Origin: Antedon mediterranea
Lineage: Eukaryota > Animalia > Echinodermata
Direction: 5' to 3'
DNA: 64,000 nucleotides
NCBI RefSeq assembly: GCF_964355755.1
Contig: NC_092677.1
Coordinates: 14,902,101 to 14,966,100 of the forward strand
Shown: positions 27,801 to 51,781 of the stretch, piece by piece
How the letters are laid out: each line of letters opens with the position of its first letter
Numbering within the stretch: position 1 is the stretch's first letter
Program-made: the position numbers and the translations under genes
The notes under the pieces: generated by a model
Told to the model about the DNA's origin: nothing
Database searches by the model: none
The model's input: the letters and a program-made list of their open reading frames with translations, nothing else

Positions 27801-29472
27801 CAGCTGACTTGGGCAGAAACACAAAAAATATAGTATATTGATATAAGCAGTGAGTTAGGCAGATCATAAGTCAGCTCTCCTTAATTGCCTAAGTCACACA
27901 GCTGACTTGGGCAGAAACACACAAAATATAGTATATTGATATAAGCAGTGAGTTAGGCAGAAAAACAAAAACAAAATTATGTCTTAGACACCTTTGTTAT
28001 GAGGCTGTCAATATCATCTATATACAAAAAAATGCTACCTTTATTTAACAAAATTTAATAGCATCAGCTCTTCAGATTAAAATTAACACTGATGAATTTA
28101 GAAAAGGAAAGTAGCAATAAAAGAGAAAGAATTTGTAACAAATGGGTTAAAAAATATACTATAAAAATGTATTTCTTATTTTATTTAAGAAATCATGAGT
28201 CCTTAATTGCCTAAGTCACACAGCTGACTTAGGCAGAAACACAAAAAACGATCTGAGCATGTGCAAATGTATATAAAAGCACTCAGATAATGTACAGAGG
28301 GAAGTATAATGATATAAGCAGTGAGTTAGGCAGATCATAAATCAGCTCCCCTTAATTGCCTAAGTCACACAGCTGACTTAGGCAGAAACACAAAAAATAT
28401 AGTATATTGATATAAGCAGTGAGTTAGGCAGATCATAAGTCAGCTCTTCTTAATTGCCTAAGTCACACAGCTGACTTGGGCAGAAACACAAAAAATATAG
28501 TATATTGATATAAGCAGTGAGTTAGGCAGAAAAAAAAATTATGTCTTAGACACTTTTGTTATGAGGCTGTCGATATCATCTATATACAAAAAATGCTACC
28601 TTTAAGTAACAAAATGTAACAGCATCAGCTCTTCAGATTAAAATTAACACTGATGAATTTAGAAAAGGAAAGTAGCAGTAAAAGAGAAAGAATTTTAACA
28701 ACTGGGTTAAAAAATATACTATAAAAATTTATTTCTTATTTTATTTAAAAAATCATGAGTCTTTAATTGCCTAAGTCACACAGCTGACTTAGGCAGAAAC
28801 ACAAAAAACGATCTGAGCATGTGCAAATGTATATCAAATCACTCAGATAATGTACAGAGGGAAGTATAATGATATAAGCAGTGAGTTAGGCAGATCATAA
28901 ATCAGCTCCCCTTAATTGCCTAAGTCACACAGCTGACTTAGGCAGAAACACAAAAAATATAGTATATTGATATAAGCAGTGAGTTAGGCAGATCATAAGT
29001 CAGCTCTTCTTAATTGCCTAAGTCACACAGCTGACTTGGGCAGAAACACAAAAAATATAGTATATTGATATAAGCAGTGAGTTAGGCAGAAAAACAAAAA
29101 CAAAATTATGTCTTAGACACTTTTGTTATGAGGCTGTCGATATCATCTATATACAAAAAATGCTACCTTTATTTAACAAAATTTAATAGCATCAGCTCTT
29201 CAGATTAAAATTAACACTGATGAATTTAGAAAAGGAAAGTAGCAATAAAAGAGAAAGAATTTGTAACAAATGGGTTAAAAAATATACTATAAAAATGTAT
29301 TTCTTATTTTATTTAAAAAATCATGAGTCTCCTCTCCTTAATTGCCTAAGTCACACAGCTGACTTAGGCAGAAACACAAAAAACGATCTGAGCATGTGCA
29401 AATGTATATAAAAGCACTCAGATAATGTACAGAGGGCAGTATAATGATATAAGCAGTGAGTTAGGCAGATCA
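15826..29472. repeat. Satellite DNA array, block 2 (interrupted by a HINE at 17432-18266)
   Basis: Same core + A + nB monomers as block 1, with recent higher-order duplications of ~2.1-2.3 kb. Confidence 0.97.
17432..18266 (-). mobile_element. Long HINE inserted in the satellite A-run
   Basis: tatac|aaacaaggcc...gactaaaaa|tgttacc; the empty site in other monomers is tatacaaaaaatgctacc. Confidence 0.87.
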
Positions 29473-32213
29473 GATTCCTGGCAAAACTAAAAGCATGAAT
29501 ATATCAAGTATTAAAACCACAAATGATGAAGAAAATGATGAAGTAACTAATTCTAAAGATATTGCAAATGTATTAAATAAATATTTTGCCAATGTGGGTC
29601 CAACATTAGCTCAAAGTATTTAATCTACTAATCAACTCTCTAACTTTACTAATGATATAAATAATACTAACGACAAATTAACTTTTAAATATGTTAATAA
29701 ACAAGACATACATAAACTTCTTAACTCACTTTCATAAAAAAAACAGCTGGAACTGATGAAATACCAGAAAAAATCGCTATCGATGAATTTGTTTATCCAA
29801 TAACATATATAATTAATTTATCTTTAAACAATTTTACTTTTCCAAAGCAATGGAAAAGGGCCAACATCTGCCCTCTTCATAAAGGTGGAAATAAAAACGA
29901 ATGTAATAACTATAGGCCAATTTCAATTCTCCCAATATTATCAAAAGTTCTTGAAAAAGTTGTATTTGAACAAGTCTATGATTTCCTAAATCTAAACAAA
30001 ATGCTATATGAAAATCAGTCTGGGTTTAGATCAGGCTACTCAACTACGACTGCATTGCTTAATATCACAGAGACCTGGCTAGAAGCCATTGACACAGGAA
30101 ATTATATTGGGCTAGTAATGATAGACTTGAAAAAGGCTTTCGATACAGTAAATCATCGTATTCTCATCAATAACCTAAGATCTTTCAATTTTTATTCAAA
30201 TGTTATGAAGTGTTTTGAAAACTACCTGCATAATCGTGTACATATAACCAATGTAAATGGTGATTTTTCTGATAAAAGTCACAGAATATGTAGAATTCCT
30301 CAGGGGTCCATCCTAGGACCATTAATGTTTCTCCTTTATGTTAATGACTTGCCTAATGCTGTAAATAAATGCTCTGTTTCCATGTATGCTGATGACACTG
30401 CCATATACTACACTTCCAATAATATTAATAACCTTACTGAAACAATAAATTCTGACTTATTGTGTCTTAAAAGATGGCTCATATGCAACAGACTTAGCCT
30501 AAATGTTAAAAAAAACTGAATTTATGTTAATTGGAACGAGGCAGAGGTTAAATAAGCTGTCTGACTTACAAGTCAACATTAACATAGATGGAGAAACAAT
30601 CTCTCGTGTAAATAAATGTAAACACCTTGGTGTGATATTAGATAGTAATCTTTCTTGGTGCTCACAAATCGATAATGTAAAAATCTAAGGCTTTGCAGAG
30701 CTTGTACTACTTAAAAAAGACTAATAATATATTTCCAAAAGAAATTCAATGCAAACTATACAAATCACTTATGGCTTCTCATCTTGAGTATTGCCATGTT
30801 GTTTGGGTACGTTCAAATATAACTCAAAGTAAAACACTACAAGTTCTTCAAAATCGCGCAGCAAAAGTTATTACAAACAAATCTCAAACCGACTCTAGTA
30901 CTCAAGCTCTACAAAGTTTAAATTGGATGAACTTAGATGAAAGATTATATATAAATGAAGCTATTGCTATGTTTAAGATTATGAACAACCTTGCACCTCC
31001 ATATTTAATAAATAAGTTCAATATCAAAAACAATTACTATAATATTAGAACTAAGCCAAATTTAATAGTACCAAAACCAAAAACAAACTACAAAAAACGT
31101 AGCTTATCATATAGAGGTGCCAAGGTTTGGAATGAGCTACATGAAGATATTAACAAGGCCAACAGCCATTAAGTCGCGTGCTACAATGCATAGTGATACC
31201 GGACAGACAGACCGACAGACAGACCGACAGACAGACCGACAGACAGACAGACCGACCGACTGACATAGTGAACTATACTGACCGAAATTACTGAACATGT
31301 TTAAAAATGTTGAAATGTTTAAAAACATTTATATTTTTTTAATTTACACGTGCGTAGCCTGCCACTTTCGACGTGCTCGTATAACGTAATTTCGAGTTGA
31401 AAAGTAAGTCAAGAAAACAGAAATCGGGCAAAAAGAATGCGCAATAACATTTAACGCACAGTGCGCGCGCAAAAATATGCGCACTCATGGCAATTTTGTA
31501 AACGCTTAAAATTGCCTGAAATGTACTCTTATTTCATCGAAAATAAATTTTGAAAATTTTAAGCGCGCGTACGCATGCGTTACATGCGCTACGCACGTAA
31601 TTGTATTGCCATATGATGATTTATGCCCTGAAATTTATTAGTACCAAATTTTATTTAATTGTGATTCATGGTTGTTAAGATATGATTACAAACGTGATTT
31701 CGTTAAATCGTGCGTAGACCGCGTAATTTTTTATTGCGCACCGTGAAAACATAACCACATCGATTCCTGGCCATAAAGAATATTCTGTGAAAAATTGACT
31801 TAGCTAGATTAAACTGATATCAAGATAAGGTCAGAAAGCGATAAAACGCATAGTGATACCGGACCGACAGAGAGACCGACAGACAGACAGACAGACAGAC
31901 AGACCGACCAACCGACCGACATAGTGAACTATAGAGTCGCTTCCACGCGACTAAAAATGTGAACACTGTCTCTCTTTTTAAGAAACTGTTAACTGCTAAT
32001 TTCATGTAGCTTTATTTAAATATAGTGTATTATTTAATTTTATAGTTAGTAAGTGTATCCTTATTTCATTTTATTTCATTGTAATTGTTTTATTACCTGT
32101 TTTGATAGTAATTAAGGTCTTTTTACATTTATTTTTGTTGGTGTTTTCCTTTAAACACGGTCTTACTGAAAAACAACTTTCAGTTGAGTTAAGTATCCGT
32201 GATTAAACAAAGC

Positions 32214-32274
<61 letters not shown>
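29473..32274 (+). mobile_element. CR1-group LINE copy 2 (same insertion as copy 1), with a nested HINE
   Basis: Same 5' junction ggcagatca|gattcctgg and the same stop/frameshifts as copy 1. (TTA)n tail at ~32214-32274, after which the satellite resumes at atcataaatcagctc. Confidence 0.93.
31152..31957 (-). mobile_element. Long HINE nested in LINE copy 2
   Basis: gatatt|aacaaggcc...gactaaaaa|tgtgaac; the empty site gatattaaaaatgtgaac is present in LINE copy 1 at ~10220. Confidence 0.9.
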
Positions 32275-32277
<3 letters not shown>

Positions 32278-32439
32278 CATAAATCAGCTCTCCTTAATTG
32301 CCTTAGTCACACAGCTGACTTAGGCAGAAACACAAAAAATGTAGTATATTGATATAAGCAGTGAGTTAGGCGGAAAAACAAAACAAAAATTATGACTTAG
32401 ACACTTTTGTTATGAGGCTGTCGATATCATCCATATACA
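32275..32439. repeat. Last satellite fragment (right end of the array)
   Basis: Slightly diverged subunit B plus core start, ending at ccatatacaa where a HINE begins. Confidence 0.9.
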
Positions 32440-33976
32440 AACAAGGCCAACAGCCATTAAGTCCCGTGCTACAATGCATAGTGATACCGGACCGACAGAC
32501 AGACCGACCGACATAGTGAACTATAGAGTCGCGTCCACCAGTGGTGGCGCCAGGATTTTGCAGACGCGGGGGCTACATTACAAGTCTACAGAAACAGACA
32601 ACCGTGGTTGGGATGGAGCTAAGAAAATTTAGAAAAAAATAGAGTTGGAGGTCCCGGAAATTGAACTTATTATACTTCAAAACAAAATATAAATATAGTC
32701 CCTATCATGGTTGTGACTGAGCTAAGACATTTTTGAAAAATAGAGCTGTTAGGTCCCGGAAAATGCACTTATTGTTCTTCGAAATATGACCAGCTTTATG
32801 GTTGGGGCTGAGCTAAGCTAGAAATGTTTAAAACTAGAGCTGCAGGTCTTCAAAATTTGCATCTTATACTATGGAAACATCGGGCCTAGAGGCTTAAAAA
32901 AAGTGGTCCGTTTTGCCTTTATTTTAGAGGTGGGTGTGGGGTGCGTCTGCAAGCGTAGAACCTTTTAGTAGTCGGGGAAATCAGTTTATAGCCTACTTCC
33001 CAAGTGTATGCGTGCGTACTACGTCCATCTGAACTTCCGAGTGGTGAGAAGTTCATACAGGACATTGAAAATTTAATAACTTAGCTATAATAAGATGTTG
33101 GCTAAGTGAAAATAGCATGTTTCTTTGTTTAGTAATGTATGAAATATATATTTTAAGTGCCCCATGGTACAGGGTTACTTGTAAATCAAAAAATTTGTGA
33201 ACATACGAACAATTAACATAATTCGTTTTTGCTGTAGTGTAGAGTACGTCGACACACAGTACACGACGGTAAACTTCGCCTGGAAAGTAACTACAATACA
33301 CATTTTGGTCCCTGGATGGAACATGATATCACCCGTCTGTACCCAACGTTGAACGATTCGTACAAAGGGATACCGCCAGACAAGTGCGTACCTAGCTACT
33401 GTTTAATAGCTGGCAATAATGAATGCATAGTGCATAATAGCCCTCTGATGTACTCACGGTCAATGGAACGCCGCGGTTTTCTAGGCTCCCCACTGGCGTC
33501 CACGCGACTAAAAAGGCATAATTTTGACGAATTTTTGAACTTTTTCATCAAAAATTTTTTCGTAAATATTTGCGCGCGTATGGGAATTTTTGACATGCTC
33601 AAATGACAAGAAACGCGTAAAAAGTTGATTAAAAATTAATTTTGCGCACGTAACTTTGTGTAAAACACACATTTTTTTTTTCAACAGAAAGTTAGCGCCT
33701 GATATAAATTAAACTTTTGCAAAGTTTCAATTTAAAATGTTATTTGGTTTTTGACCTATGTTAAATACGAGAAAATCGTTAAATCGCGCGTAAATTACGT
33801 TGCGCAACTCTAACGTCATTCACAATAGGAGGTGCACAATTTCACGTAAATGCCCACATGTTGACATCAAAACAGTTCAAAAAGTACAGAAAAGCGATAA
33901 AACGCATAGTGATACCGGACAGACAGACAGCTCAGACAGACAGTGAATTATAGAATCGCGTCCACCCGACTAAAAA
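32440..33976 (-). mobile_element. HINE variant: short unit + different core + second terminal block, interrupted by a hAT-like element
   Basis: Starts aacaaggccaacagcc at 32440; terminal gactaaaaa at 33514 and again at 33976; (GACA)n blocks at ~32490 and ~33920. Confidence 0.75.
32539..33495. mobile_element. Non-autonomous hAT-like DNA transposon
   Basis: Perfect 8-bp TSD gcgtccac (32531-32538 and 33496-33503); imperfect TIRs CAGTGG...CCACTG; three ~100-bp subterminal repeats at ~32600-32870. Confidence 0.85.
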
Positions 33977-34380
33977 TCCCTGTACTATAGTAAGGGATTT
34001 TTTCAAAAAATAACCATAATACGCACTTTTTAAAATACGGTTATTATGCAATATTATTGCTATATATGTGCATATATTGCGTTATAAGCATCTTATAGAC
34101 GTATAGTAACCATTTATGTTAAAAAATAAAAAGGTCGAAATATGGCCATTTTTTGAAAAAATCCCTGCGCTAGTAAGGGATTTTTTCGAAAAATGGCCAA
34201 AATACGCACTTTTTAAAATACTGTTATTATGCAATAACATTGCTATATATGTGCATATATTGCGTTATAAGCATCTTATAGACGTATAGTAACCATTTAT
34301 GTCAAAAAATAAAAAGGTCGAAATATGGACATTTAAAAAAAAAAATCCCTGTACTATAGTAAGGGATTTTTTCGAAAAAA
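33972..34380. repeat. ~185-bp tandem repeat, about 2.2 copies, with a palindromic junction
   Basis: aaaaatccctgtactatagtaagggattttt recurs at ~33972, ~34157 and ~34341. Confidence 0.88.
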
Positions 34381-36121
34381 ATTTTCATTAAATGAAAACT
34401 CTATTACTATACTCTAATGGTGGTGTTCAAAACATTTTTTTCTCCTCCCGGTTTAAAATCAAATGTAATGTTAAAAATTTTCAAAAAATAACTGGTGTAT
34501 TCAGGAATGTTCATTTTGTACTGAAAGCAACTGTTGATAGTTCTGTAATTTTGGTAAAGTCAACTTGAACAACGAAAACAATTGTTATGGGTTCCAATGG
34601 TAATTTATTGGATCATTTACTACACTGTACACAAATTTAAAAAGAAAATAACATCCAAGGAAGGTTTGGAGATTGTTTTCTTTTCTATTACAACAGCTTT
34701 AGTTAGCGCATTACAATCTTTACAAACCCATTCAAAGTTTTATCACTAACATTATAAAGATAAGAAATCATGTTTAAACATTTTCTATTACAAAGTAATT
34801 AAACGATTATAGGGGATAAGCTCAACCTACTGAGGTAATATTACTATTCCAATCAACAAAGCTAAATGCTTATATGTGTATACACAATACATTGCTAGCA
34901 AAACCTATAAAAAAGCTGTGAGGTAAAAACACACACCTTTGGAATAAGTTGCCTGGGAATGTTACATTTATACAAAAAGCAGCACATAATAAAATGTTGA
35001 CATTTTAGTTTGTTTATCAACATTCCGCATTTCTCCACAGTCAGCCGACCTCATTACAAAATTCAAACATGATAATTTACTATCTACTCAGGTGTTCTCA
35101 TATTACAGTATATTGTTTACATTTCCATTCTTTTCAAACATGTATGTTTTTGTTATTTGTAATTATGATATTTTTTCCACAAACTAATAACTACCTTAAT
35201 TATGATTATTAATTCATGGATTACTTAATCTGACTACACTGGCAATTTTTTGTTTGAAAACTCTTGTTTGGCAAAAAAAGATTACCAACGTTTGTTAGTG
35301 TAGACCAGTTGAAACTGGCTAACTTTATTTTCAAACCAAAAAAATCAGTTTTCTAGTGAAGATTGGACTTTAGTGTTCAGGGTACGAGGCCAGGGATTAA
35401 AACATCTTTTGGGTGGAAGAAACCGTGTAGTGCGCCAACTAAAGAAAATCACAAACGATAACTATTTATGTGCGGCCTTCAAAATCTAAAATCACACCAT
35501 CACAAGAACTTATTAAAACCTCTATGTACAAACATTACAATTGCTGAAAATTTGCTTTCATTTATACATTAAGATTTTGAAGCAATAAAACCAGCTAGGA
35601 TTTAGGTTTTTTGTACAAAATATTTGAATTACCATGGTACAGTTTCCCTTCACCGTATACAACATATTCAGTGCAATTGAATCTTGAGCCAATTTAAAAC
35701 TTCAGTGCAGTGCCACTAATACCATCACAGTGAGTTTGAAGTGTGGCATTTCACACTTGCTGTAAGATTTAACTTGGCCCGGTTGACTTTAAACCAAAAA
35801 ACTGACTTGTACCATGGCATCTCTGGTAACCTATCCAATTTTCATAGGCAGCATTTACGTCTTCTACCAAAATAAAGGCAATTAAAATTCACTTTATAGA
35901 TCAAGAAAATGAATTGTACTGTTGGGAAAACAAGTAAAAAGATCACAAACATACCTCTATTACATAGGCATCTAAAACAGTACTTGTCAAGAACAATATT
36001 GAACATATGTTTATATAAACAATTGGTCAATTCCCTAAATCGATTAACTCATGATGATCTAATAGGGGATGAGATAAATTTTAATTTTCTAATTCAGATA
36101 TTCCCAAATCCTGATCAGAAC

Positions 36122-36466
36122 AGATTATAATCTGAAGCTCAGATATTACCTACCGGATTAATATCTGCAGAAGATCATTTTAGTTAAATTTAATTCCTTT
36201 ACTTGTCGTCTTATAAATGCCCAATTTTCACAACTCAAGCTTAATCCCATGGCTAAGATTATCCTTAACCATGAACTTAATCCCTAATGTTAAAAATAAA
36301 GATCCTAATCCTAAATTAACAATCATTCAGAATATCTTAACTCATACATTAAAATTTAACTAAAGTGTAATTACAAGAGATGATATTTATATGTTATGCT
36401 TGATATCGGATTAACCTTTACCATTAATAAGATAATCTTCTATAATAATCTCGATCATCTTAATCC
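36122..36466. promoter_or_regulatory. Candidate K50-homeodomain (Otx/Pitx/Gsc) site cluster
   Basis: Six TAATCC/GGATTA (36155, 36242, 36279, 36306, 36408, 36461) and five TAATCT/AGATTA (36122, 36128, 36256, 36433, 36446) within ~345 bp. Confidence 0.45.
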
Positions 36467-37948
36467 CATGACAGAATAAGTAGTAAAAATATTTTATCAT
36501 GACAATACAGCTTAAAATCGAACATAAAATAAATAATTATTTTTTAATCAATGCAATTAAAGTGATACTTGACATTAATTAAAAAGATAATGAATAACAA
36601 TTTCAATAATGATAACTTAGGGTATGAAAGGTAACAACTACATACACAATTGATATTTTCACGATTAAAAATCGTATAAATCATCAAAAAAATAAACTAA
36701 TGAAATAAGCTGAAAAATAACAAACATACATCACAATTAAATTATAACAATTGTTTAAAATACCAATAAATATTAAAGACAATAATTAAACAAGAACAAA
36801 TATTATTATTTCACATGAATTGATTGAACAAGTTAACCAACAATTTCATTATTTAAATATTTTTTTTAAATATAATTACTGGTTTTAAACTACTATCTTA
36901 AAGAAGTCATTTTAATACAGTGCATTTCTTATGATATAAATAAACAAGGGAGTATATTAGTGATCAAGTTAATAGTTACCTCATCTGAACATTGGCAACT
37001 AAACTTAATCATATTAAAATCAAGCATGCATAAGCTATCTTGTTCTCTATGTAAACTTCACTGACAATAGCACATATTATAATTATATTATAATCAACTG
37101 ATTTACATATTTTATAAATACTTATTCATGCTGATAATTAAAACTTGTTAATGATTTTATTATAGGCTATTAAATACTGGATAATAGTTGATTATAAGAC
37201 AATAAATAATATCAATATATTGTTTACTTAGGTCGAAGGTCAGAAATGAGTATGCAATATTATTGTTGCTTTGATACAGGTCACATGGTGCATTTTAATC
37301 TTTCCCATATTTTGAAGGTTGATTAAAAGGTGATAAATAATATATCTCATGAATAAGTATTGTTTCCATGTATACTTAAGTCAAAGGTCATAAATAAACA
37401 TGCAATATTATTGTTGCTTAGATACAGGTCACACTATTGATTACTTGGTTGTTTGAAGGCGCAGTTTAATGTGTTTCCATTTAGTAGTGTTATATCCCAG
37501 AAAGCTTCACATTTTGTACAATATTCGAAATAACTAAATTACAAATAATAAAACAATAAGCACATCTTCATCTGTACATCATTCTAATTTTACATAACAA
37601 ATAAAATGATTAAAAAGAAAAAGAAATAATTAAAAATAACACAGTACAGTATATGAAAACTAAAAATATATTTACAAGTTTTGCAAGATCAAAAATGTTT
37701 GATATATATATTTATATTTATTCAAATAAGTTCACAACGTGATTTCAACAATTTTTCAGCCAAATCGGTTCTTCTTCAGGATGATCAATAATTTGGATGA
37801 AATAGTTGTACACTACATTGGCTGTACACAACACGTGGACACCATTGTCATAAGCACGGAACCAAAATTCAGTATTACCAGCGATCATGTTCACTTTATT
37901 CAATCCCTGAGGCAGTGTCCATGGTCGATAGTGGTGTATACATTGGGG

Positions 37949-50528
<12,580 letters not shown>

Positions 50529-51200
50529 AATTAATAATTTTCAGTTACAAGTATTTTACATCGTATTTATTCCAAAAAATATTAGTTAAGTTCAGTAGTC
50601 ACTCCCTTTTGTTGGGAGGCGGGCCACACCAGTCGACAAGGCGCAGCGAATGACTCCTAGCGCGATGAGTGAATCAATGACAGTTCCTTCGGTGTGTAGA
50701 ATTTCCCTTAAATCCAAATATTAAGAAATAATAGAGCCTTATTTGTTACAAATTCACAAAGATTATTAATTAATTATCATATCTGATCAACTGCCTTAAA
50801 AATAAGATAGGTGAATTAAAAATAAAATGAAATTAACCCCGTGTTTGATAAGAAAAATCTGGTTGCCAGTACGGGTCATTCGCACAATACTGCCATTACA
50901 GCGTTCATCGGAAGCTCGGCGCTATTCGATAGACTAACAGCAACCAATGAGGAATGCGTATTGTCTTCCGAAAATAACCGAATAAAAACCGAATGAATTT
51001 TCGCAGCGACTACGGTGGTGACGAATGATATTTTTTGTGTAACCAATAAGAATTGTGGGATTTAACCTATAGTTTTCAACCTTTAAACTTTAATTGTTCA
51101 GGGCACGTGGTGATTCATGCATAACTAAACATGGACATCTTTTTACCTTTCGGCGGTGGTGGTGTATTGTAGATAGGCCTACCTAGGCCTAGTTAGAAGC
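50529..51200. promoter_or_regulatory. Probable bidirectional promoter of GSK3 and SNAPC2
   Basis: Divergent start codons 1.25 kb apart; CpG-richer segment with a GC box (gggaggcggg ~50613), CCAAT (~50944, ~51043) and CACGTG (~51104). Confidence 0.6.
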
Positions 51201-51781
51201 CTAACAAGGTACCTTCGGAATATAAATGAAGTATTTAATTGTTAGTTGTTGTACTGACTTCTATAGGCAGAGCCCTACTGCTGGCGAAAAAGTTCAACAA
51301 GCACTTAATTAAATTAATATGAATTAGTTTTAGATAGGCCTAGTTTTAGGCCCTTCTTATATAATGCTAATAGTAATAAGCTAGCTAGGCCTAGGCCTAC
51401 TACTAGTAGAGGGCCTCCTAGCTAGAGCTAGACTAGATACTAACTAGCTAGATGATGATAGATAGAAGACTCAGCAGTACCATCCGATCCTGCTGTCACT
51501 GACAGTGTCTGCTGGTGGTGTCTGTGGAGTAAAGAATCTATGGTTTTACATATACAGGCTTAGGTAGACAGGTGGCATTAGATTGTTTACTCTACAGTAA
51601 AAGTAACAGGATAATACTACTACTAATCTATATAATACTATAGTTATTATACTAACTAGCCTACTAATATGCCTAACCCCCTACCAAGTCTACTGTAGGT
51701 CTATTTAGCTAAGCCTATGAGTCCGACAAAGTGATGATTCCAAAGTTAATTGTAACAAATTTTTTCCAGTTCAGTTGAAAG

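Noticed and set aside
1-29472. CRISPR-like array (palindromic repeat at regular spacing)
   Set aside because: The intervening sequences are themselves repeated rather than unique spacers, there are no cas genes, and the context is a spliced eukaryotic genome.
31137-32005. Minus-strand ORFs with SVCR/SVCL repeats
   Set aside because: Translations of the HINE (GTCT/GTCG)n microsatellite.
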